Positions 53,901 to 64,000 of a stretch of 64,000 nucleotides of DNA are shown here, in pieces. The stretch is taken from assembly GCF_964355755.1 (NCBI RefSeq), contig NC_092672.1:3472001-3536000 (forward strand), written 5' to 3'. Within the stretch, counting starts at the first letter, position 1, and each line of letters begins with the position of its first letter. Position numbers and translations under genes: made by a program. The notes below the pieces were generated by a model. That model was not told where the DNA came from, ran no database searches, and worked only from the letters and a program-made list of their open reading frames with translations. This DNA is from Antedon mediterranea. Its lineage: Eukaryota > Animalia > Echinodermata.

Positions 53901-55511
53901 GACCTACTTGTTTAATTCCTCATCCGACTCAATCATAAGAATATCTGTATCAGGAGGTGTGCTTGGCGACTTTACTCTAGCACACTCTTCTCTAGTTGAT
54001 CTCCTTGTGTTTGTGTTTACTACTTCAATCTCTTCATCTGCAAGAAGTATCAATGATGGATTAGTATTAAATATTTGTACACAAAATATGGACTTATTCA
54101 CATTAAGCTCCTATGTACACCTTTTTATGTTGAAGTTCATAACTAATAACCAATTCATTTGTTGAATTTAACACTTTCTACAATACTGTAAAATATTCCT
54201 AATTGCATTCCTTGTAAGAACGGCTCATTAAAGATGTATTGTCTCCCAAAAACATAAAAAATGAAGCTTAATTAAATCAGACTTTGAATAGGTTATTTTG
54301 TAGTTTTAATAAAGTTAATCACTTCCGTACAAAAAAAAACCCGAAAAAAATAATGTTTTCACTTATAAAATGACAAAATAAATGGTTAAATTCAACCAAA
54401 AATCCATTGACTGGCAGCCAATTTGACTATTTTTTGCTTTAAATTACAGTTTTTTCAGGTAAATAACATTTTTTTTAGATCTAATTTTTGTTCAAAGTGG
54501 ATAACTATTATGTGACATTAAAATGGCATATTCAACAGAAAAATGTTTATTAATTATTTATTTAGGGGACAATACACCTTTAAACAAATGAGGGGAAAAA
54601 TATGTTTATAGCACAATGATCAATCCCTATTCAAGGGACACTTAGTCTTCTATCATAGGAACACTTTGTTTGGTCTCAACGGTGTCTCCTTAATAGGGAT
54701 TGTATTGTAATATAATAACCTGATACTGATAGTGTGACAACATCTTTCAACTTCTGTGAATGGATGTCAAAGTTTTTCACAGAGTAAAGATCACAACAAA
54801 CTGGTGCAGCTTTCAAATTTATTGGCTGTCGTTTTCTGGTAGCTTTTTTCTTTCCTTTCGGTTTCTGATTCTCAACCTGATAATAAAATAAAAATAATTT
54901 ATTTATTGAATTTCATAATCAAATATCCTTATATTATATATCTGATAGTGATACAACAATTAAAAAAAGCAAGAGGTTGGGTAGGCCATGGGGATCTGAT
55001 CCGGCAAAGAAGGGAAAATTATTAGAAATTAATAGTATGATAGTAATAGTAGTATAAAGGCCTACCTAGCTAGCTAAGTTGGAGCTACTATTACTGCTAA
55101 AGAATATGCCCTACCTTAGGCTAGGCCTCTAGTAGTAGAGCCTACCTACTACTGTACCTAGCCCCTAGTCTCTACTACTACTAGGCCTAGCCCTAATCTA
55201 GGCATATCCAGACACCACACACAGGAGTGGTGTTTAAGCCAGCAGCAGGCTATTTAGCCTACCTCCATATAGGCCTAGGCCTAGACTAGCCTACTATAGG
55301 CCTAGGCCTGGCAGCCTACTACTACTAGGCCAGGGCCTAGTACTAGGTAGGCCTACTACTACTACTAGCTAGGCTAGGCCTACTACTTTACTTATATTGT
55401 ATTACCCTACTGTAGGCCTAATAATAGCTTATGCATAGCTAAATTGGACGTTCAGCTTTTTATTTGTAAACGTATATTTAAAAAAAATATGTTTCTTACT
55501 TCTGTTTCCAT
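50946..55511 (-). CDS. NFATC2IP: NFATC2-interacting protein (NIP45; RENi family Rad60/Esc2/NIP45), two C-terminal SUMO-like domains, 331 aa
   Basis: Phase-consistent exons 55511-55500, 54876-54720, 54037-53908, 53412-53314, 53001-52836, 52346-52202, 51757-51633, 51107-50946 (996 nt incl. TAA). Low-complexity N-terminus with SIM-like EIEVV/ILMIESDEE/VILIDE and SPSPPTPP; SLD1 IVVKIRSKSG..TDTPASLNLQLAHILDCV; SLD2 ISIKIQG..LLKQYSD..INLSFDGDPVNITSTPNSLDMENDDVIDATVT, with no di-glycine. Confidence 0.88.
51183..51326. mobile_element. Short dispersed repeat, hAT-MITE-like
   Basis: Homologous to 10694-10833. Confidence 0.6.
51870..52185. repeat. Tandem triplication, unit about 125-130 bp
   Basis: GGCTAAT(G/A)TTGGTTTATCCAGG(T)TAAGCT..GCACAA occurs at about 51897, 52023 and 52142. 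Confidence 0.8.
53105..53277. mobile_element. MITE family 1 copy in an NFATC2IP intron
   Basis: TA|AAGCTCTGTCTACACTATCAA ... TTGATAGTGTAGACAAGGCTT|TA. Confidence 0.85.
53610..53826 (+). mobile_element. 5'-truncated CR1-type LINE fragment
   Basis: Translates FDRRVILLWNALPTDVVSCATVNSFKTKLNVAWSNHPLKF (CR1 ORF2 C-terminal RVxxxWNxLPxxVV..FKxxL motif), then a 3' UTR and (AAACAAGT)2 tail. Confidence 0.75.
54232..54579. mobile_element. Kolobok-like MITE, second copy
   Basis: TTAA|AGATGTATTGTCTCC ... GGGGACAATACACCT|TTAA; colinear with 554-865. Confidence 0.75.
55058..55420. repeat. Low-complexity TAGGCCTA/CTA-rich tract in NFATC2IP intron 1
   Basis: Many AGGCCTA, CTAG and (CTA)n motifs in 360 bp. 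Confidence 0.75.
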
Positions 55512-55800
55512 GTTTATTAAGTTTTTTGTTAAACTTTCCTTTTGTTTTTGTCGGAGAATTTTGAACTGGTGGTTAACCTTTGACCCAAAAGATATGAAAA
55601 CGCGCGGAAATTAAAATGATTCGTGACGAAATAATACGAAACGGATTCAATTCACGACGTCACGCTATTATGATTGTTTGTTGCGCCTCGTACGTTCCTT
55701 GTTATTTTAACATACTACAAATTACTTCGTAATTTACATACAACCTGTCCTATTGGTATATAAGTACTACTCTACTATAGGCGTTGTTGTCTCAGTCTTC
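55512..55800. promoter_or_regulatory. Probable NFATC2IP promoter/5' UTR (CpG-enriched, possibly bidirectional)
   Basis: Directly upstream of the ATG; local CpG excess, E2F-like CGCGCGGAAA (55601), CRE-like TCGTGACG and TCACGACGTCACG (55621-55664), ATTGG (55752). Motif calls only. Confidence 0.45.
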
Positions 55801-55953
55801 TGATGATGAAAACGTGTCAAGACATTTTAAGGCAGTTTGCCTATTTTGGGTCATTCTTCAGTGTCTAATTTCAGGTTTATATAAAATCGATTTTAAAACT
55901 TTCATTTTTAAAATTTTTAAAGTTTATTTAACAATAGTAGTAGGCCTAATATA

Positions 55954-57210
55954 CAGTGGCGTATCCAGTAGGGGGGCCGGGGGGGCCCGGGCCCCCCCTG
56001 ATTTCGTTTCCGTCGGCACATCATCGCGGCCGTCGGCAAACAAAGGTGCCGGGGAAAAAAATAAACTATTTATTCTGACAATAATTGAACTGTAAACATA
56101 ATTCTTTTGAGTGTTTGTTTATTTACATATCATATCATCATTGATCCCTTCAGATCAACTATTTTTTATTTTCATTACATCTAACGAAACACGTTAAAAA
56201 TGTGCAGCACGTACGTACGGCCGTACGCGGTAGATTGTTTACTCAAAAGTCTTTGACCTTACCCTAAAACCTTGTTTTTGCATGCAGTTGAGCCTCTCAT
56301 GACCTGAGATTTGTATGTCTTTCCTACGCTAAGAGATTATATAGTTCCACATGCCATGTGCTTTTTTGTCTAAGATATATTTATTATAAGTGCCAAAAAC
56401 CCGGTTTTTTTTCTCGATATGAGGCCTTTATTATTCAAAATTTTTAAAGAAAAAGCACATATACCATAAAAAATATCCATGTATTTCATTTTTGGAACAG
56501 AATATTCCGTGAGGCTCAACTACAAAATCACCATTTTGTGATATGATGTCATCGTAAGCCAATCAAAGCTGAGCTTTCTCGCGATTGGCATTGCTCACGG
56601 TTGAATGATTTAGGATTCTAGCTGATTTGATTGGTGGATGCGAATCACCCGCAGCGGAATGTTTTCTCTCGCGCGTGTACCATGAATCTCTCTGATCGTT
56701 ACTACACAAAGTTAGAGCAATGAATTTGTCCGAATTCCGTTAAGTAAACAACTTTATATATTTTATAAGCATTTAATAACATGTTTTATTGATATTTCCA
56801 ATGGTGATATATAAAATAAATTACTAAAAAACGTAATTATATGTAATTATTTTAACCAAAAATGGCGTAGTTAATAGAATTGTCGACTGAGGCCGCAAAT
56901 TTTTTTAATTCTTTCGTGGCTAAAAACGATCATTTTCGGCAATGTTTTAGACCCTATATTTCGAAAACTACAAGTCAGATTTTCCTAATTCTTTCTTCAT
57001 TGTAATATGAATACAACATACTAACAGATAATGTTGGTTTGGTTTTAATTTTGCATCGTTATCCCATATAAGACAAAGACAATATGACTATGTAATCCTA
57101 GAACATATATTGATCAGAGACGTCGTGTATGTACAGATAATGACACCAATTTTGTCGGCAAATTGGCAATTCCCGGCCCCCCCAACTTCAAAATCCTGGA
57201 TACGCCACTG
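55954..57210. mobile_element. Non-autonomous hAT DNA transposon
   Basis: Perfect 15-bp TIRs CAGTGGCGTATCCAG / CTGGATACGCCACTG and perfect 8-bp TSD CTAATATA (55946-55953, 57211-57218); no transposase ORF. Confidence 0.92.
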
Positions 57211-57279
57211 CTAATATAAATTTATAAAAGCGGTAAAAGCACTGCAACCTATAGCCTATAATTATAAAGTCAGTGAAGT

Positions 57280-57406
57280 CATTTTACAAGTGAAAACATT
57301 ATTTTTTTTTTCCTATGGAAGTGATTAACTTTTTAAAACTACAAAATAAGATATTCAAAGTCTGATTTAATTAATCTCCATTTTTCATGTTTTTGGCTAT
57401 ACATCT
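57280..57406 (-). mobile_element. Kolobok-like MITE, partial inverted copy
   Basis: Reverse complement of the left end of 54232-54579, ending ATACATCT|TTAA. Confidence 0.65.
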
Positions 57407-57987
57407 TTAAAGGTCATCTACAGTTTTTAGTGAGTACAGTTCTAGTAGGCCTACTAGGGGATCCTGCACCAAGGTAAAATAAACTATTTTTGGTTGATTT
57501 TAAACGGGGCCAACCCTACTAGCTTACAAGATAGCAGATGAAATGGTTCATATAAATCAAGTTACTTAAAAAAGGTACCACCGTAAGAAAAACAAAATAT
57601 GCATTGTTGAAATAAATAAACTTTATTACTAATTATTTAACATTGTCATCATTCTCATTATTAAATGGTTTATCAAAATATATTTACTAATAAATGGATG
57701 TTGCGGTTTTATCTCTTATCTGTATAGAATACTGACAGTATGCGTTATAGCTTTTCTAAATGTTTATACTTAGGCCTAAATTAACTGCAAATGAATTATT
57801 GCATTACAAAGTTCTCCTTTATTTTATCTCAAACATTTTGAATGAAATAAATGGGATGTTTGATTCCACTACGTTGATTTCTCCAAATATAATATATTAA
57901 TTGATAGATTACACGAACCCAGTCATTGGACTTTGAGATTTTTACTTGAACGTCAAAATAATTTATAAATTTGTTTTTGTTTTTTAG

Positions 57988-59100
57988 GCTGCTTCAACTG
58001 TTAAGTCAGTTACATGGGAAACATTAAATATTGACGACGACGACTTCGTCACCTACCCTGTAATTCAGGAAAATCCAGACACAGAAACCAGGACGAAAGA
58101 CAGCACAAACAAGGTGTAGTGACCACAACGAAATGGCCAGACAATCCAACTCAATGGATAGACTGAATCGAACACTATGAACGAGTTCAAATCTAGTTGC
58201 ATGTTAAAACTATTTGAACATTTGCCTAAGAAAAACAATATATGAAACCCCAAAACAATTTTTAGTCACGTGCAACACGACTCGGCTCACTATGTCAGTC
58301 GGATGGTCAGTTGGTTGGTAAACACTAGGCCTACAGAAACTAGAAACTAAAATTTGAGCAACTACATTCATATATCTGCAATCATAATTCACTACCTATG
58401 ATTTTGTTACGTTAACACAGTTTGTTATATTTTTAATTTTATAGAATTTAAATTTTTATTACCAATTCACACTTGCAATTTGTTTCACTTTTTTTACAGT
58501 AAATTCCTGAAGATGAGATTTAATATAAATGCTCCAGGCAGTAGTGCACAGAGATGGAATATTTCCGTACACACAAAGCAAAGGGACAGTGCCTCGTGTG
58601 GAATGTGTGTAGTGAAGGTAACTAATAGTATTATTAAATGATGGTGTTAATAATGGTGTTAATATATCAGTGTAAGAAATGTGAGGAAAACATTGTAAAT
58701 TAAATTCAGACAGACAGACAGACCAACATAGTGAACTACATAGTGAACTATAGAGTCAAAAAAATTAGGACATTTTAAGTTAAATTCATACATAAATCCT
58801 TTTTTTCTGAAGTTTGCAGGGGCAATAATTGAAGAAGGAACATTGATTTTACAGGCCGACTCCAAATCTGTACAACAGTACAGAAAAGACATTGGTTTGG
58901 AGATCTTAATGACATCTGGTAAATACTTTTGGATTTAGCTTGATTTAATTTGAATTCCAACTAAAAAAAGTGATGATCTGTTTTATACATCTAAAATAAA
59001 ATTGAACATTGTTTTTTATACTTCTATTAGATTGCGTGTGACAGTTGTATACCTGAATCTAATAAGTGGTTTCATCAAGATTCTCAATAAGAAAATTCAG
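57988..59100 (+). pseudogene. Decayed spliced Ulp1/C48-like cysteine protease plus PHD-finger gene (probably transposon cargo)
   Basis: AG/GT-bounded segments: 57988-58317 (stops/frameshifts); 58500-58617 KFLKMRF..HTKQRDSASCGMCVVK; 58813-58918 FAGAIIEEGTL..VQQYRKDIGLEILMTS; from 59031 IACDSC..KWFHQD then stop. QxDxxSCG is the Ulp1 Gln/Cys motif; IxCDxC..WFH is the second half of a PHD finger. Confidence 0.55.
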
Positions 59101-59390
59101 GTGCTGCCAACCAAAATAATAAAATTAATTAATAATTAATAAAAAAATAAATAAAATGCATAGTTTTGAATTTAAAATTGTACATAATATTATGGCATTA
59201 TGAATACAATAATGTATTTTTGTATTGCTTCTATTAATTTCTCTTATTCGTCCACTTCCATTTACAGATATTAAAATTAAGGGAATGCACAATATCTGGT
59301 ATGCCTTTCATTGCCTTGTGTATGCCTTTCATTGTATACCTTCCATTGCCTTTTTTAATTCCATCATCCACCAGAAACTGATGTTCACAG

Positions 59391-60536
59391 GTTGCAACTA
59401 CAGAGCATAAACAAAGATGAAAGCGGGCAAATCATCCCATGTTACATAAACGGTAACTTGGATAACGACGTGGCTCAAGAAGCTTTAGCGGTGGGAGACC
59501 GTTTTATCGCAACTGAGGAGGAGACAATCTCCGCCTCTCAAGTAGTTCCAAAGTAAACTATCATTCCTTTTCCAAATAATTTAAAATGTAATTTATTTAA
59601 TTTTTAAATGTCAATCCAATTTTACAATTTGTTTTTGTATTTTGATTTTCAGATATTTACGAAAGTTAGTATGTTTCCAGTGGACGATATAGCAATAAAA
59701 CACTTTATTACACCGGATTGCCAGTTAAAAGAAGATTCAGTTTAATATTTCATAGTAGAAACCATGATTAATATGTCAATTATGTTTATGTTTATTTTAT
59801 CTGCTGATTTTGGAGTTTCTTGCTAATAAACAAAAGTTTGTTTACTTGTTTTCCTTTTTGTTTAGCTTGGAGATGTTTTAACGTTTAAAAGTACAAATGA
59901 AAGAGTCTAACACTAGAGTGCGACGACATCAAAATGGATGTGGCACTCTGGGGGCAAGTGGCCGAGGAAGGAAACCAACTCTTTATTGGCGAAAACATAT
60001 CAATAACGGTACTTATAAAAGAAAATAACAGTTTGGTTTCAACGCTGTCGAGCAAAATTTAAATAAATATGACTTTAATATATTAATATACTACGTTCAT
60101 GCATATTAGTGTGACAATGGAAAATGATTAGTACACATTGTTGGCCTTAGTAAAACATGACAATTGTACTTTGGCGGGTACATTGTATTAATGCAAAAAG
60201 TCGAAGTACATTCTGTTATTAAATTGTATTTTTCAGGTGTCTGAATCTAAAGAAAAAGTAGGAATTGTTATTGGTATTGATGATTCCAATGGGCATGTAA
60301 ATTTCAGACCACTGCTGCTCAGAGATTATACAATATTAACTATTTCAAGGTTATTGTCAATTGTTTATACGTTTTTTTTTCTTATAAGATACCCAATTGA
60401 AATTGTTTTAGAAAGTGGTCAAACTATTCTTGTGCCCGAAGAGGTGAACTTTAATGTCGATGCAAAGCTAACCATAAATATTAAGTTTACTATATCGAAA
60501 GAACGAGTAACACCCATTTCAATTGTACAGGAATGA
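59391..60536 (+). pseudogene. Decayed spliced gene with an OB-fold (RPA-like) segment
   Basis: Acceptor-preceded coding-like segments at 59391, 59653, 59866 and 60237. The 59866 segment reads, after a frameshift, LTLECDDIKMDVALWGQVAEEGNQLFIGENISIT (OB-fold xxLWGxxA..GxxIxI pattern). AATAAA follows the stop at 60536. Confidence 0.4.
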
Positions 60537-61218
60537 ATAATAAAAAGAAAAATTTTACATTTGGTTGTGTTTTTTATTTAATTTGAAATTGTCTTATTTA
60601 TTTATTCATTCTGGTATAAAACTTACAACAAGTAGCCGCAAGGCTATAAACGTTGCATGTACAAAATTACTGTACAATATACTTGCATTTTTCATTTCAT
60701 TTCATTTCATTTATTTCAATATCATTATCGCAGCCTTAGCTGAATTACAAAGATATTTACATTTGTTCAATATTAAAATTTGTAAAAAAGTATAAAACCA
60801 ATGATAAAAAAATATAAAAAAGGAGGAAATTTACACAAGAAATACAATACAGGAACATTCAAAAAGTTTAGCTTAAAATATTAAAATAGAAAAAAAAACA
60901 CCTAAAAGCATCAATAAAAATCGCAAAGCTGTACTGGGTGATATATACAGATTATTCATTTAGAAGCGAGATAAGGTATGGAATTGCACTTTTTCTATAT
61001 CTTTCAACTCTGCATTTGGGTTGTTGATACTTTACACGTCTTAGTTTCATGTTACTTACATTCTTCACTGGAAACCATTTTCCAAAATGAATACTTTTTG
61101 AACAATTCAGAGCAAACTTATAGCATAGATTACGCCTTCTATCAGATAAAGTGTCTAAAGAAAGATCATTGAGTGCTTGGTCATAACATATGTAGTCATT
61201 ACACAATATTATTCTGCA

Positions 61219-61402
61219 TGAAAACATTTTTTTGTAATATATTTGTAAATTTATATTTTAAGTTAGGGTGCCACAGATTAAAAGCTTTGCTTGCTTGTGG
61301 TTATCCTGTTTTTCACACTTTATTGTACTTAATCTTTTATTTATATTTTTAAGAATGTTGTGTGAAAAATAAAAGAATCAATCAATCAATCAATCAATCA
61401 AA
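61219..61402 (+). mobile_element. Short insertion (3' end of another retroelement) within the LINE ORF2
   Basis: AT-rich 184 bp ending AATAAAAG(AATC)6, opposite in orientation to the host; splits QKRA|CRIIL. Confidence 0.65.
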
Positions 61403-63805
61403 AGCCCTTTTTTGGACAGATTCTATCATATCACTTTGTTTCTTAGTGAGACTAGAATGCCATACTGGGACAGCATATTCAACACTTGGTCTTATGTAAC
61501 TCTTAAATACATCTACAAGATCAAATTTCGGAGGATTGAACTTTCTTAATCTACATAATATATGCAGACGTCTGCTGGCTTTGGATACAATTTCTTTAAC
61601 ATTACGGTCCCATTTGAGGTTAGCTTGAATCCATAAACCTAGTAACTTAGTTTCATTAACGATTTCAATTGTAGCATTACCAATGAAAAGGGGTTCATGT
61701 TCATATTGATTTCTTTGAAAGTTAAAATACATAGTTTTACATTTAGTTGGGTTAAGTTTTAGTTTGTTTTCATTAGACCATACATTCAGTAAAGCAACAT
61801 CATTCTGAATTGAGGAAATTACATCCTTTTTTACTATCTGTCCTATGCACAAATCATCTACATATTTCCAAGTTTTACATGGCGAGTCTTGCATGGCATC
61901 ATTAATTAGAGCAAGAAAGATCATAGGCCCAAGGAGCGTACCTTGAGGGACGCCACATGTTAGATTAACACTCATTGATAAGGTGGATTTATAGCGTACT
62001 TGTTGGGTTCTGTTTGATAAAAAGCTAATTAACCACGGTACAATTTCAGGTCTACAACCAAGTGTTACTAATTTAGAAACTGCTATTGTGTGGTCAACAC
62101 AATCGAATGCTTTACTAAAGTCAGTTAAAACTAACTGACCAACAGATTTGGGAATGTTACTACCTTCATAGAACACATTTAGTAGATCAACCAAATTATG
62201 GGTTGTAGAAAAGTGTTTACGGCAACCATATTGGTTGTTATCAAGATTTTTCTCGATATCTGTTAAGAGCCATTTTTTAATGAAGCCCTCAGCTACCTTA
62301 GCTAGGATACATGTAAGTGAGATTGGTCGAAATTTGTCAACCCTAGTACAACCATTTTCTTTGGGAACCGGAGTAACAATAGCATCCTTCCACATAGTTG
62401 GGACATGACCCTCACTGAGGGAGGCATTTAAGATATTAGTCATAGGGATGCTTAGTTCACATGCAAAATCTCTTATTAATCTGTTAGGCACATTATCAGG
62501 GCCCGGGGACTTATTTACTTTAACTTTTCTTAATTGATTGTACATTTCCCATTCTTTTACATTAGGGGGTTTATTAGCAGGTAAATACGTAGGGAGCTTA
62601 CATAAATCAATACTAGGTCTGCTTTGGGAAGTTATAGCAAAATGGTTGTTTACAAAATTACTTATACCATGATAGTCATCCTGCGGAATATCCTCAACAC
62701 TAATAAGTGGTTGGGGTTTAGTTTTATTAGCTAACATCTGCACGTCTTGGTGCCATTTATGGGGATTAGTGACTTTTAAGTTTAATAAACGTTCATTGTA
62801 AAAGTTCATTTTGTCTTTCTTGATCACTTTTTGTACCTTATTCCTATAGAATTTCCATTCCAGTGATTTACCATGATTAGTAAAAGCGTGTTGACGTTTC
62901 ATTATAAGATCCTTTGCTTGTTGTGAAATCCATGGCTTATCAGTTGGATGTATCTTAATGGATTTAACCGGGAAGAAAGTGTTCATAGCAGAAGTCAATG
63001 ACAAATAAAATGATTGCGTTTTCTGTTCAGTAGTACTCGCGTTAATAACCTCGTTCCAGTCATGGGTAGTTATCCAACGGCCAAATTCTTCAACACTTTT
63101 CGCTTTCATTGGTCTGATTACACGCTTTTCGATTTTGTTGCTATTCGTCCTTGTAGTTGCTGACAACAGAACACAATTATGATCGCTAGCACCCATCGGC
63201 GACACAATTCGGGGATCGCAATAATACTGCTTCAGATTGGTGGCTATAATATCTAGTATTGCATCCCCTCGCGTTGGTTCTTTCACAATTTGTTTTAGGT
63301 TATGTGCACGGCATAGCGGGGCTAGGTCAGTTCTGTTCAGGTCCCCCATAATAATGAAGCCAGCGTCTGGGTGTTTAAGTTTAAGACTGTCAAGAGATTT
63401 AATAATATGATCCAAAAGTAGTTGTTGGTCAGAAGAATTAGGTGGAATATATATTCCACAAACTATAATAGAGGATACAGCTCTAGGAAGCCTCTTCGGT
63501 CTTATAAAAACCCAAACACACTCTAGCTCTTCGGGTACAACTATTTCATGTATTCTTCGCGACAGAAATTCAGAATTAACATATACAGCCACTCCACCAC
63601 CCTTCCTATGCGTTCTATGATAGGTATAAATATTGAAGTTGTTAATCATCAGTGCATCATCTGTTATTTGCGGTGTTTGCCAAGTCTCTGTGACAACTGC
63701 TAAATCAATACAATTTTGAAGTAGAAGGGTTTCTAGTTCGTCCACACGGTAGATTAACGAACGCGGGTTAGTCAGGAAAATCGATGGGAGTGATGGCTGT
63801 AACAT
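61394..63805 (-). CDS. LINE ORF2: AP-like endonuclease and reverse transcriptase (C-terminus interrupted)
   Basis: APE motifs TNPRSL, VTETW, GGGVAVY, IYIPP, MGDLN, PTRGDAILD, SDH; RT motifs KSPGPD, FRPISLT, DFSKAFD, GVPQGTLLGP, YVDD, KLLG. Confidence 0.92.
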   Translation of the reverse strand: MLQPSLPSIFLTNPRSLIYRVDELETLLLQNCIDLAVVTETWQTPQITDDALMINNFNIYTYHRTHRKGGGVAVYVNSEFLSRRIHEIVVPEELECVWVFIRPKRLPRAVSSIIVCGIYIPPNSSDQQLLLDHIIKSLDSLKLKHPDAGFIIMGDLNRTDLAPLCRAHNLKQIVKEPTRGDAILDIIATNLKQYYCDPRIVSPMGASDHNCVLLSATTRTNSNKIEKRVIRPMKAKSVEEFGRWITTHDWNEVINASTTEQKTQSFYLSLTSAMNTFFPVKSIKIHPTDKPWISQQAKDLIMKRQHAFTNHGKSLEWKFYRNKVQKVIKKDKMNFYNERLLNLKVTNPHKWHQDVQMLANKTKPQPLISVEDIPQDDYHGISNFVNNHFAITSQSRPSIDLCKLPTYLPANKPPNVKEWEMYNQLRKVKVNKSPGPDNVPNRLIRDFACELSIPMTNILNASLSEGHVPTMWKDAIVTPVPKENGCTRVDKFRPISLTCILAKVAEGFIKKWLLTDIEKNLDNNQYGCRKHFSTTHNLVDLLNVFYEGSNIPKSVGQLVLTDFSKAFDCVDHTIAVSKLVTLGCRPEIVPWLISFLSNRTQQVRYKSTLSMSVNLTCGVPQGTLLGPMIFLALINDAMQDSPCKTWKYVDDLCIGQIVKKDVISSIQNDVALLNVWSNENKLKLNPTKCKTMYFNFQRNQYEHEPLFIGNATIEIVNETKLLGLWIQANLKWDRNVKEIVSKASRRLHILCRLRKFNPPKFDLVDVFKSYIRPSVEYAVPVWHSSLTKKQSDMIESVQKRAFD

Positions 63806-64000
63806 TGTATAGTTGACTTTACGAAGTGAATTAGGGAATAAACTACTTAGAAAACGCCCTCGCTTGTTGTCTATATAATCAGAAGCACGATAATAGTGGG
63901 AATTTTTCTACGTATATTTACACCACCTCTTCTACCTCTACTTTTACGATAGATGCCAAGATTATTCAGCTTAGTGAGGGTTCCCTTAGGTAGGTATTGC

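Larger units (their letters stand above)
60690..64000 (-). mobile_element. Non-LTR retrotransposon, CR1/L2 group, running off the window end
   Basis: APE + RT ORF 63805-61394, C-terminal continuation to stop at 60952, 3' UTR ending TGTAATTCAGCTAAGGCTGCG..AATAAA(TGAAA)n at about 60690; upstream out-of-frame RKSRGRRGG segment near 63930. Confidence 0.92.

Noticed and set aside
55784-56095. 103-aa ORF as first coding exon of a divergent gene, or C/D snoRNA (ATGATGA near 55803)
   Set aside because: Non-ATG start, runs into the hAT element, no recognisable domain; no matching D box or terminal stem nearby.
61219-61402. Possible spliceosomal intron inside the LINE ORF2
   Set aside because: On the coding strand the insert begins TTTGAT and ends TTTTCA, not GT..AG; it has a retroelement-type tail in the opposite orientation.

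Overview
AT-rich, intron-rich animal genomic DNA; the SINE/MITE/LINE repertoire suggests a marine invertebrate, possibly a deuterostome (inference). Splicing exons by hand (GT/AG, phase-consistent) gives three protein-coding genes. (1) A 5'-incomplete DC-STAMP-domain/C4C4-RING gene of the DCST1/DCST2/sneaky/SPE-42 family on + (97-4449, 6 exons). (2) A convergent, 42-kb, 21-exon smoothelin-like gene on - (49519-7333, about 1785 aa) with five smoothelin repeats and a C-terminal CH domain. (3) An 8-exon NFATC2IP/NIP45 (Rad60/Esc2-family, two SUMO-like domains) gene on - (55511-50946, 331 aa). Beyond the NFATC2IP promoter lie a TSD-flanked non-autonomous hAT element, a decayed spliced cassette resembling Ulp1 protease + PHD finger + OB-fold, and a CR1/L2-group LINE whose ORF2 is cut near its end by a short insertion. 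Introns hold several MITE families (one carrying arrays of CArG boxes), two tRNA-derived SINE families, a cloverleaf-forming tRNA-like sequence with an ATC anticodon, and minisatellites. There is no CRISPR, rRNA or prokaryotic feature. All family assignments are by motif recognition, not database search.
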